Assembly: GCA_965215505.1 (NCBI GenBank)
Contig: OZ244065.1
Span: forward strand, 2,464,001-2,528,000
Direction of reading: 5' to 3'
Origin: Capsulimonadaceae bacterium
Lineage (GTDB): Bacteria; Armatimonadota; Armatimonadia; Armatimonadales; Capsulimonadaceae
DNA: 64,000 nucleotides
Numbering within the stretch: the first letter of the stretch is position 1; every line of letters begins with the position of its first letter. Positions 8,467-16,771 of this stretch are shown here, one piece after another. Under the pieces are notes generated by a model. That model was given only the letters and a program-made list of their open reading frames with translations. It searched no databases and had not been told where the DNA came from. The position numbers and the translations under genes are program-made.

Positions 8467-9579
8467 CTACTCCGCCCGCCACAGGAAATACACGCCCACG
8501 ACCGCGAACAGCAGGGCGGGCGACCAGGCGGCGAGAGACGGCGGCATCTTGCCGGCGAGGCCCAGAATCTTGGTCAGCAGCAGGGTGTTCCAGGCGACCC
8601 AGACCATGATGATTGAGAGGAAGATGCCCATGTATGCCCCAGCCCGCGCGAAGCGCAGGGCGAGCGGCGGGGCACACAAGGCGAAAGACAGGCAGAGGAA
8701 GGGCAGGCCGAGCTTGGCGTAGTAGCTGAAGGCGACGGCGGTATTGTCCTGGCCGGTGCGGGCCAGGGCGTCCATCTGCGCGCCCAGCTCGGCCATCGTC
8801 TGGTCGTCCAGGGTCCCTACCGAAGCCTGCGAGAGACTCGCCAGCGGCACTTGCAGGTTCAGGGTGATCGTCTTCGCGGGGAGGTTGCGCGCCTCGATCT
8901 TCACCAGCCCCTCGGTGTCGAAGGTCATCAAGTGGGCCTCGTACAGCGTCCAGACGTCCCGGTCGTAGTCGGCGCTCTTGGCGGTCAGCAGCATCGGGAA
9001 GCCACCCGGCTCGGTCGGATTCTGGTAGATCGTCACCCCATACAGGCGCAGACGGTCCGCCTTGCCGCCGGGGTCTTTGCGGACCTCCCGGATGTGGAAC
9101 GAGTAATCCTGGAACGTGAAGACCTTGTTCGAGGCCAGGGCCGGAGACGCCTGCAAGGCGTAGGAAAACATCTGGCTCTGCGTCTTCTGGAACTCGCGCC
9201 AGGCCGGAGGGACCACGCGGTCGCCGACCAGGAAGGAGGCCGCCGTGGCGAGCAGGCCGACCATGATGATCGGCAGGAACAGCCGCCGCAGCGGGACGCC
9301 CGCCATGCGGATGGGGGTGACCTCCGAGTCCCGCGCCATCCGGTTGACGGCCCAGGCGGAGGCCAGCGCGACGCCGGGCGGCAGGGTCAGGGGAATCAGG
9401 ATGGGGATGTTGAAGGCGATCAGCCGAGTGACGATCAGCGCGGGGATGCCGTTCTTAACAATGTCCCCGAGGAGCGGCCAGAGCGTGTTACCGACCAGCA
9501 TGACGACGATGAGCAGGATGCCGCCGACGAACGGCAGCACCATCTCCCCGAGCAGGTAGCGGTCCATGCGCTTAATCAT
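8467..9579 (-). CDS. LptF/LptG family permease
   Basis: MDRYLLGEM, RMARDSEVTPIRMAGVPLRR; 3+3 TM layout; PSLAAWSP. Confidence 0.9.
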   Translation of the reverse strand: MIKRMDRYLLGEMVLPFVGGILLIVVMLVGNTLWPLLGDIVKNGIPALIVTRLIAFNIPILIPLTLPPGVALASAWAVNRMARDSEVTPIRMAGVPLRRLFLPIIMVGLLATAASFLVGDRVVPPAWREFQKTQSQMFSYALQASPALASNKVFTFQDYSFHIREVRKDPGGKADRLRLYGVTIYQNPTEPGGFPMLLTAKSADYDRDVWTLYEAHLMTFDTEGLVKIEARNLPAKTITLNLQVPLASLSQASVGTLDDQTMAELGAQMDALARTGQDNTAVAFSYYAKLGLPFLCLSFALCAPPLALRFARAGAYMGIFLSIIMVWVAWNTLLLTKILGLAGKMPPSLAAWSPALLFAVVGVYFLWRAE

Positions 9580-9604
9580 AGGGTATAATCACCGGTGCGA
9601 GGCG

Positions 9605-10426
9605 CTACTGCAAGTTCAGCCGGATCGTGAAGTCGGTGATGTCCAGGTCGGCTGTGTTGACCGTGCTTCCGCCGCCGCCGCTCTGAACGCCTGACACGAT
9701 GATGGGGACGCCGCTGACATTCTGAGCGACATCGCCGGCGGCCTCGATGTTCCGATCGCTGTTGAGGAAGTTTAGTTGCTGGACCGGCCCGCCCGCCGTG
9801 TTGCGGACGAAGACGTTGACGAAGTTGTTGCCGGACTGGTCCGGCGTATAAAGCGCGTCGAAGTACTTGGGGGTGCTGAAGTCGTTCCCGGCGACCTGGA
9901 CGGTGTTTGTGGTCACGAAGTTGATCTGCAAGGTCTGAATCTGGTCCACGCTGACGGTGGATGTCGCCAGCCGTGCGAGCGGGAGCTGGAACGAGAGCGT
10001 GTTGCCGGACACCAGCGAGGCCACCAGATAGCCGCTCGACCCCAGGTAGTTGAATGTACGCAGGGTGGGGTCAATGTTGTAAAACCCAAAGCCGGTGCCG
10101 CCGGGGACGCCCTGGTTATACTCGACATAGTTGGTGAACGCGCCTGCCGCGAAGCCGTTGACGTAGGGCGGCGCGACGACCGGAACCGGCCCGGTCGGGC
10201 CGGAGTTGTTCCCGTTGGGCGTCATGTTGACGTTGAACAGGACGTAGTAGTAATTGGCGGCATTGATGCTACCCGCGACCGTCATGGTGATGAGGAGCTG
10301 CGGGCCGGACGTGGGGCTGGTGATGCCGCCGCTGGGCGACTTGGCGCAGCCCGCAAGCAGCAGGGCGGGCGCGGCGAGCAGCAGGGTCCGGCGGGTGAAT
10401 CGGGGGGGGTCTTCAGGCGTTTGCAT
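9605..10426 (-). CDS. hypothetical lipoprotein (possible Tat signal)
   Basis: TRRTLL then LLLAGC lipobox; beta-rich Thr/Asn/Gly mature region. Confidence 0.75.
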   Translation of the reverse strand: MQTPEDPPRFTRRTLLLAAPALLLAGCAKSPSGGITSPTSGPQLLITMTVAGSINAANYYYVLFNVNMTPNGNNSGPTGPVPVVAPPYVNGFAAGAFTNYVEYNQGVPGGTGFGFYNIDPTLRTFNYLGSSGYLVASLVSGNTLSFQLPLARLATSTVSVDQIQTLQINFVTTNTVQVAGNDFSTPKYFDALYTPDQSGNNFVNVFVRNTAGGPVQQLNFLNSDRNIEAAGDVAQNVSGVPIIVSGVQSGGGGSTVNTADLDITDFTIRLNLQ

Positions 10427-10432
10427 CAGGTC

Positions 10433-10462
10433 ATTATAGCAGGAATCGGGCCGCATTGACAA
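10433..10462 (-). promoter_or_regulatory. sigma70 promoter giving a leaderless mRNA
   Basis: TTGTCA-18nt-(TGc)TATAAT-6nt-ATG. Confidence 0.7.
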
Positions 10463-12153
10463 CGAGGGAACAGACCGCGTCGGATGAAAGGGCGGGGCAG
10501 AAGAAGAGGGCGGGGGGACCCCGCCCCTACGGGACGCCGTGTAGGGGCGGGGTCCCCCCGCCCTCCCCTGTCCATGGGAGCCGCACGGGCCTCCTGCGGA
10601 GCGTCAGCCTCACCGCCCTTTCCGGCCTGCTGCTGGCCGCCGCCCTCCCCCGCCTGGACTGCGGCTGGCTCGCCTGGGTCGGCCTGGTCCCCTTCCTCAC
10701 CCTCTTCCCTTTCCGCTCCAAGCGCGCCGCCTTCGCCCACGGGCTGCTCCTCGGCGCCTGCTTCCTCGGCACGATGTCCTATTGGATCATCGTCTTCGCA
10801 GGCCACATCATCGGCCCCGCTCTCAGCACACTCGGCTGGGCACTCGTCACCGCCTACCAGGCGTTCTACATCGGCGTCTGGGCGCTGGGCGCGCAGTGGC
10901 TCCGGACGCGCCCCTCCCCCTGGGCCTTCCGGCTCGGCGTCCCCGCCCTGTGGGCCGTCGTCGAGTGGTGGCGGCAGTCGGGGACGCTGGCGCTGGGCTG
11001 GGGGGACCTGGCCTATACCCAGCACCTCGCGCTGCCGGCCTTACAGGTGACGAAGCTGACGGGCATCTGGGGGCTGGCGTTCCTGATCGTTCTGGTGAAC
11101 GTCGCGCTGGCGGAGGCGTGGCGGGGACGGCGGGTGGGCGTGTTCGCCATACTCACGGCGGCCACAGTCGCCGCAGCCTTGGTGTACGGGACGCTGGCGA
11201 TGCGGGGAGAGCGTCTGCGGCCCACGTTCGTGGCGGCGGCCTTGCAGGGGAACATCGTACAGGACGTGCCGCAAGGCCCGGCCTATGTGGAGCGCGTGGT
11301 GGAGACGTTCGGGGCGCAGAGCCGAGAAGCGGCGGCACACGGGGCGCGGCTGACGGTCTGGCCCGAAACCGCCTATCCGGGGTACTTGCAGCCGGACACG
11401 CCGCTTGGGCCGCGCGCGCGGGTGGGAGCGGAGACGGTGCGCGACCATCAGGTCGCTCTGATCGGGGGCGTGGAGTACGACGCGGGGGAGCGCAAGAACG
11501 CCAACAGCCTGTTCCTGATGGACGCGCAGGGAAACGTGACGGGGAGCTACCAGAAGCGTCAGCTCGTGCCGTTCGGGGAGTTCACGCCGGGGCGGCGCTG
11601 GATGCCGTTCTTAGAGGCCCTGCACGTCACGACCTTCGACATGAAGCGCGGGGCGGACACGCAGGCGCTGCTCGACGCCGGGCCGGGCATCGGCAAGGTC
11701 GGGGCGACCATCTGCTTCGAGTCGTCCTACCCCCGCTTCCTCCGAGAACAAGTGGCCCGAGGAGCCGGCCTGCTCGTCGTGTCCACCGACGACGCCTGGT
11801 TCGGGCGCACGGCCGCGGCACGACAGCACTCCGCCATCGCCGCCGTCCGCGCCGCCGAGACCGACCGCTACCTCGTCCGCAGCGCGGCCACCGGCGTCTC
11901 GCAGGTGATTGACCCGTCGGGCCGGGTGATCGCAGAGGCGGGCCTGTTCCAGCCCGCCGTGGTGTGGGGGCGGGTCGAGTCGCGGGCGACATTGACACCG
12001 TGTGTGCGCTGGGGGGACTGGTTCGTCGGCTTCTGCGCCCTGCTGCTGATAGCCCTGAGCCTGCTGCCGGGGAGCATGAGGGAAGAAGGCCAGGAGGAAG
12101 AAAAAGGGCGGGGCAGGAAAAAAGGGCGGGGGGACCCCGCCCCTACAGGATAG
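10456..12153 (+). CDS. lnt: apolipoprotein N-acyltransferase (start uncertain)
   Basis: N-terminal TMs; QGNI, WPETA, YQKRQLVPFGEF, ICFES, DDAWFG nitrilase-fold motifs. Confidence 0.93.
   Translation: MTTREQTASDERAGQKKRAGGPRPYGTPCRGGVPPPSPVHGSRTGLLRSVSLTALSGLLLAAALPRLDCGWLAWVGLVPFLTLFPFRSKRAAFAHGLLLGACFLGTMSYWIIVFAGHIIGPALSTLGWALVTAYQAFYIGVWALGAQWLRTRPSPWAFRLGVPALWAVVEWWRQSGTLALGWGDLAYTQHLALPALQVTKLTGIWGLAFLIVLVNVALAEAWRGRRVGVFAILTAATVAAALVYGTLAMRGERLRPTFVAAALQGNIVQDVPQGPAYVERVVETFGAQSREAAAHGARLTVWPETAYPGYLQPDTPLGPRARVGAETVRDHQVALIGGVEYDAGERKNANSLFLMDAQGNVTGSYQKRQLVPFGEFTPGRRWMPFLEALHVTTFDMKRGADTQALLDAGPGIGKVGATICFESSYPRFLREQVARGAGLLVVSTDDAWFGRTAAARQHSAIAAVRAAETDRYLVRSAATGVSQVIDPSGRVIAEAGLFQPAVVWGRVESRATLTPCVRWGDWFVGFCALLLIALSLLPGSMREEGQEEEKGRGRKKGRGDPAPTG
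10507..10564. repeat. back-to-back REP doublet
   Basis: Reverse REP 10507-10530, 10-nt spacer, forward REP 10541-10564; both exact. Confidence 0.9.
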
Positions 12154-12180
12154 GCCGTAGGGGCAGGGTCCCCCAGCCCT
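12123..12180. repeat. back-to-back REP doublet
   Basis: Reverse REP 12123-12146 (exact), 10-nt spacer, forward variant GTAGGGGCAGGGTCCCCCAGCCCT 12157-12180. Confidence 0.88.
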
Positions 12181-12193
12181 CTGTCGGTTTGCT

Positions 12194-12649
12194 TCAGTGT
12201 TCGTGTTCGCCGCGCAGGAACTTCTCGTAGTTCGGGCCGCTGACGCCGTAGTCCTTGCGCGCGTCGTCCCGGTAGACTTCCAGGCCGGTGCGGATGCCGC
12301 CGGGCGGGAAGAAGGAGACGAAGCGGAACATCCCTGACACGCCGGGCGGCAGGTTGCCCGTCGAGACCAGATAGGTCGGCGACTCTGGTTCGTTCAGAGC
12401 CACCTCCCAGCGCAGGCGGGACCAGCCGCGCGGGACGGACTTGTGCATCCAGAAGGCGGCCTCGGGTCCCCCGCTGGAGAAGCCGAGCGGCAGGGGCTTC
12501 GGCTGGTAATCGGGGCGAAACAGGTACGGGCCGAGGCGGAGACGAGTGATCGCCGGCTTGCCTTCATCGGCGCGCAGCAGCAGCTCGTACACGAAGCCGT
12601 CGTTGTTCGCCACGCAGGTGAGCATGGGGGCGACTTCCGGGATGATCAT
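12194..12649 (-). CDS. hypothetical protein
   Basis: GGAGG RBS before MIIPEVAP; protein-like composition. Confidence 0.7.
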   Translation of the reverse strand: MIIPEVAPMLTCVANNDGFVYELLLRADEGKPAITRLRLGPYLFRPDYQPKPLPLGFSSGGPEAAFWMHKSVPRGWSRLRWEVALNEPESPTYLVSTGNLPPGVSGMFRFVSFFPPGGIRTGLEVYRDDARKDYGVSGPNYEKFLRGEHEH

Positions 12650-12773
12650 GGGTTCCTCCAAATGAACGCTAGACAGAATTGAACGGTAGACAGTGAGACG
12701 CAGGGGAATGTGTGCCCTTATTATAACACACGACGGTCGCACACGCAACAGCAGCAACGTAAAGGAGTCACGC

Positions 12774-13553
12774 ATGGAACCGACAGAGATCTGGGCCAAA
12801 GCATTCGAGTCCGTCCGCCAGGAGGTGGCCGTGCCGACCGTCTGGCTGGCGATGGAGGCGGCCCGGCCGCTGACCATTGACGGCAACTACTTCGTCGCCG
12901 CCCTGTCCCTACAGGAAGCCTATCTCGCGGGCCACTTGCAGGACAATCTGGCGACGAGCGCCATCGAGGAGGCCCTGCGGACGATCACGGGCCGCATCCT
13001 CGCCTTCCGCCTCATTATCGGCGAATCGCTGGCCGATTGGGAGGGGGTGAAGGCGCGCGAAGCGGCGAGCAGCCGTCCCGCCGAGGCCCCCCCGACTTTC
13101 CTGCGCCCCTCCGAGATCGCCGAGCCGCCTCCGGCCTTCTTCCGCTCCGAGTCCAGCCCCGCCCCCGCCGCGCCCGAGCCGGCCCCCCGGCCCGTCGCCC
13201 CCCAGTCTGTGGCCCCCCCGGCGGCTTCCGGGGCGTCCACGCACGTCGCCAGCCCCAGCCCCTCGTGGGAGAAGCTGAACGAGCGGCTGTCTGCGGGCTA
13301 CAAGGCCACCCCCTACATCAAGTACGCCCACGGCCAGGCGATGTTCGTCCTGACCGCCATGCGGATCATCTCGGACACGATGGACGTGCTGATGCCCCCG
13401 CCCGGCGCCCCCCGCGACGACGCCCAGGAGCGGATGCTGGGGAAGACGATTGACCGCCTGAGCGGCATCGTCAACCTGGACTCCCTGTTCCTCGCCCTGG
13501 AGCTGATGCGCTTCCGGGACTCGCAGGGCAAGGACGTGGGCCTGCCGTTCTGA
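12774..13553 (+). CDS. hypothetical protein with DnaA N-terminal-like domain, Pro-rich linker and helical C-domain
   Basis: AAGGAG RBS; IWAKAFESVRQ...TVWL...RPLTIDGN resembles DnaA domain I; no AAA+ motifs. Confidence 0.7.
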   Translation: MEPTEIWAKAFESVRQEVAVPTVWLAMEAARPLTIDGNYFVAALSLQEAYLAGHLQDNLATSAIEEALRTITGRILAFRLIIGESLADWEGVKAREAASSRPAEAPPTFLRPSEIAEPPPAFFRSESSPAPAAPEPAPRPVAPQSVAPPAASGASTHVASPSPSWEKLNERLSAGYKATPYIKYAHGQAMFVLTAMRIISDTMDVLMPPPGAPRDDAQERMLGKTIDRLSGIVNLDSLFLALELMRFRDSQGKDVGLPF

Positions 13554-13580
13554 GCGTTCAGAACCATGCCACGGTGAAAG

Positions 13581-13720
13581 CCATGCCATGAATGGCACGG
13601 CTATGCGGCGCAGACGCCAGCAAGCCCCCGCTTCGCGAGGCTAAGAGTTACTTGCTCCGAGTGCCGCGAAGCGGTACTTCTTGGCGTCTTCGCCGGTTAG
13701 CCGTGCCATTCATGGCATGG
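13581..13720. repeat. 140-bp imperfect long inverted repeat (REPIN/MITE-like)
   Basis: CCATGCCATGAATGGCACGGCTA...TAGCCGTGCCATTCATGGCATGG with further inner pairing. Confidence 0.8.
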
Positions 13721-13784
13721 TCCGGGATCAAGCTTTTTGGCAGGCTTCTGATGCGTCGGCGGCAACACGGAATGAGGTGCGAAG

Positions 13785-14330
13785 ATGAGTGTCACTGCAA
13801 GCTACCGCCGCCTACCCCCCGCCGAGTTCCAGCGGCTCCTGAGCGATCCAAGGGAGGCCACCCTTTTCGGCCTTGATAACATGGACGATCTGGAGGACGA
13901 AGAGGATCTGGATTCGTCGGCCTCTGAGGCTATGCTTAAGGAAAGTGGCCGCCACTTAGACATCGGTAGGTACTGGCACGCGCTCCACTTTTTGTTGACG
14001 GGCAGAGCCGAGATGGACAAGACTGAAGCTACTCCCCCTGGCAACGCCGTTCTGGGAGGTTCAGAGACAAAGTGGGAGGCAACCTACGGCATGGTGCGTT
14101 ACCTTGCACCGGAGGAGGTCAAAGACGTTGCGTTTGCGCTGGAAGCAACCCAGCAGGAGGATCTGCGACGCCGCGACCCGGCCACATTCACAGCAGCAAA
14201 CCTTTACTCTGCTCACGGAATTTGGAGCAGAGAGGATTTAGAACCGCTGATCGAGGTATTTACCCAGGTGCGAGACTTCTTTTCCCAAGCAGCGCGTGAG
14301 GGTAATGTGGTGTTACTCTCGAAGGATTAG
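13785..14330 (+). CDS. YfbM/DUF1877 family protein
   Basis: LDIGRYWHALHFLLTG, YGMVRYLAPEEV, FFSQAAREGNVVL. Confidence 0.88.
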   Translation: MSVTASYRRLPPAEFQRLLSDPREATLFGLDNMDDLEDEEDLDSSASEAMLKESGRHLDIGRYWHALHFLLTGRAEMDKTEATPPGNAVLGGSETKWEATYGMVRYLAPEEVKDVAFALEATQQEDLRRRDPATFTAANLYSAHGIWSREDLEPLIEVFTQVRDFFSQAAREGNVVLLSKD

Positions 14331-14387
14331 CCAGGCGAGTTGCGCGGACTGCCCCCTCAGAACCGTCGGCCCGGCCCGCGCTGGCCC

Positions 14388-14417
14388 TTGACAACGCCGC
14401 CCGGCGTGTGCTAGAAT
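14388..14417 (+). promoter_or_regulatory. tRNA promoter
   Basis: TTGACA-18nt-TAGAAT with extended TG, 12 nt before tRNA. Confidence 0.75.
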
Positions 14418-14429
14418 AACGTCGCTTGT

Positions 14430-14502
14430 GGGGCTATGGCTCAGTTGGTAGAGCGGTTCGTTCGCAACGAACAGGTCAGGAGTTCGAGTCTCCTTAGCTC
14501 CA
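14430..14502 (+). tRNA. tRNA-Ala (anticodon CGC), CCA not encoded
   Basis: Acceptor GGGGCTA/TAGCTCC with G3:U70; anticodon arm GTTCG-TTCGCAA-CGAAC; TTCGA T-loop. Confidence 0.97.
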
Positions 14503-14509
14503 CTCAAGG

Positions 14510-14544
14510 AAGGCCGCGTCAGTTTCGACTGACGCGGCCTTTTT
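14510..14544 (+). terminator. intrinsic terminator after tRNA-Ala
   Basis: AAGGCCGCGTCAGT-ttcg-ACTGACGCGGCCTT followed by T-tract. Confidence 0.85.
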
Positions 14545-16771
14545 GCTTGTCCGGGACGACGCGCAGGGCGATATCGCGGGTGAAGGTGGGGACGGGGACG
14601 GGCAGCGACTTCCCCCGCGCGGTCAGGCGCGTGGTCTTGACGGGAGCGCCCGCGCGGGTGTCCCACCAAGTAAGAGTGTAGACGCCGGGGCGCGGGACGG
14701 GGAGCGTCAGCCGGATGCCGGATTGGGGGGCGGGCGTTTTGCCGGCGCGGTCGTTGAACCAGTTGGAGTCCGGGTCCTGGAGCCACAGCAGGGTTTCGCC
14801 CGTGGCGGCGTCCTGGAGGGCCGCCGTCCGCAGGAGGGCGTAGCGCGAGGACTGTGCGCGGGCGAGGGTCAGGGTGGAGATCTGGAGCCAGTCGCCTTCG
14901 GTGTTCTCTAAAGTGAGGACATGCGGCCCGGCGGAGAGGGCAATGGTGCGGTCCGTGTTGAACACGGCCTGGTAGGCGCCGCCGTACTCGGGGAACGACT
15001 TGGTACTCTCGTAGCCGCCGCCCTGACCGGGCACGGCATTGAAGGCAAAGTCGCCGGCGGGCGCACCGTCCAGGCCGACGCGCAGGCGGCCCTTGTTGGA
15101 GACGGTGCCGATGTGCAGGGTCAGTGTCGTCGGGCGCGGCAAATTGACACGGAGGGTGAGGATGCTGCGGGTGTCGGGCTTGTCCGGGCCGAAGAGGGTG
15201 GACAGGAGCGGGCCGCCGGTCGTGGTCCCATCCGCGTGCAGGACGACCGGCGCGGTCGCCTTCTCGCCCCAGACCGCCGTCGGGGTCAGGACCAGGTCGC
15301 TGAAGGTTTCGGGCGTACCCGGCCCGCGCGTCGGCGGCGGGAGCGCGAGCGGGGTGAACCGGCGTTGCGGCCAGTCTATGGCGGCGGCGAAGCGGGCCAG
15401 GCCGGTGAAGCGCGGGTACTGGTCCTGGGGTTCGACGTAGTTGTCCCACCACCAGAGGGAGGCCCCGCCCGCGTTGCCGGTCAGGGCGCTGACCCACAGG
15501 CCGTTGTGGAGGTTCGTGCCGATTCCGGCGGGGTCGAACTTGGAATCGCTGCCGCGCCAGGAGATGCCGAACTCGCCCATGAAGTGCGGCTTGCCGTAGC
15601 CGTCGTGCTGCCGGGCGTCGTCCAGGATGAGCGGGGCGATGTCCTTCACGGAGCCTTCGTCGCCATAGCGGTGGGTCTGGGTGAAGTCGATCTGCGGCAG
15701 GTTCCAGACGGCCGGGTTGCCCGTGGTGGAATAGGAGTTGGTGACGAGGTGACGGTATGGGTCATTGGCCTTGAGGTAGGTCGCCATCTCGGCCACCCAG
15801 GGCGCGGGGGCGTCCGTCTCGTTCCAGAACTCCCAGAAGGCGAGGCTCGTCTCCGGCCCATAGCGGGCGACGAGGTAGCGCAGGCGGCGGCGGTAGAGTT
15901 TCCGGGCCTGCGCGTCCGTCCAGAAGTCGGCGGGGGCCTGAGCCGGGCCGCCGTTGGCCTTGTTGTACGGGTTGATTGGCCACTGGCCCTCGTTGAAGAA
16001 GCCGCCAGTCGTGAACTCGCCGTAAGTGCCGAGGGCCACCATGCAGCGGATGCCGTGTTGGGCGGCAAGGTCCAGCACCCGGTCGAAGTACCAGGCGTTC
16101 GCAAGGTCATAGCGGCCTAGGCCGCCCTTGCCGTGTTCCAGGGGCCGGTTCGCCATCCACAGCCGGGCGTAGTCGCCGCCCGCCGCAGAGAGCTTCGGGA
16201 ACCAGGTTTCATAGTCGGCCAGGCCGCGCCGCCCGGCCCAGCAGACGTTCTCGCCGACGGGGAAGAAGGACGCGCCGCTGCTGAACTCCAAATAGCGGTC
16301 GCTGCCCGGCGCGCGGTGGACGAAGCCGGGCGCAGTTGAGGGCCGGACCGTGAAGGCATTCGCCGCAGCCGTGCCGATCCCGGTGGCGTCATGGGCGGTG
16401 ACGGTCAGCCGCCAGCGGCCCGGCGCGGGCGGGCAGAAGCGGACGCGCCAGCCAGGCTCCCCGTGGGGCAGAAGTGTTTCGGAGCCGTCGGCATTGGCCT
16501 GACGGCGGAAGTCCTGGGACCAGAAGCCGGGCAGGCGAAGTGTCTGCCCCTTCGGGCCGACAAAGGCGGCGTCCACGGCGACCTCGTCCGGGTCAAAGGG
16601 ATTGGTGTAGGTCTTGTCCAGCGTGACCGCCCACTCGGCCAGCCCGTAGGCGGCGAGGCTTGGGGCAAGCAGCGCGCGCACGGCGACCGTGGGCGCGGCC
16701 CGGACGCAGGAGGATAGGGCGAGGCAGGCGAGGAGCGCACAGCCAAAGGCGCGGGTCAGGAGGGACGGCAT
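14519..16771 (-). CDS. secreted glycoside hydrolase (DUF5060 N-domain plus GH-A TIM barrel)
   Basis: Signal peptide; NPFDPDEV (DUF5060), WEFWNE acid/base, KPHFMGEFG nucleophile motif. Confidence 0.85.
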   Translation of the reverse strand: MPSLLTRAFGCALLACLALSSCVRAAPTVAVRALLAPSLAAYGLAEWAVTLDKTYTNPFDPDEVAVDAAFVGPKGQTLRLPGFWSQDFRRQANADGSETLLPHGEPGWRVRFCPPAPGRWRLTVTAHDATGIGTAAANAFTVRPSTAPGFVHRAPGSDRYLEFSSGASFFPVGENVCWAGRRGLADYETWFPKLSAAGGDYARLWMANRPLEHGKGGLGRYDLANAWYFDRVLDLAAQHGIRCMVALGTYGEFTTGGFFNEGQWPINPYNKANGGPAQAPADFWTDAQARKLYRRRLRYLVARYGPETSLAFWEFWNETDAPAPWVAEMATYLKANDPYRHLVTNSYSTTGNPAVWNLPQIDFTQTHRYGDEGSVKDIAPLILDDARQHDGYGKPHFMGEFGISWRGSDSKFDPAGIGTNLHNGLWVSALTGNAGGASLWWWDNYVEPQDQYPRFTGLARFAAAIDWPQRRFTPLALPPPTRGPGTPETFSDLVLTPTAVWGEKATAPVVLHADGTTTGGPLLSTLFGPDKPDTRSILTLRVNLPRPTTLTLHIGTVSNKGRLRVGLDGAPAGDFAFNAVPGQGGGYESTKSFPEYGGAYQAVFNTDRTIALSAGPHVLTLENTEGDWLQISTLTLARAQSSRYALLRTAALQDAATGETLLWLQDPDSNWFNDRAGKTPAPQSGIRLTLPVPRPGVYTLTWWDTRAGAPVKTTRLTARGKSLPVPVPTFTRDIALRVVPDKQKGRVSRN

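Noticed and set aside
14430-14502. tRNA-Ala or tRNA-Leu as an integration site
   Set aside because: No integrase in the window and no duplicated tRNA 3' end noticed; both are followed directly by terminators
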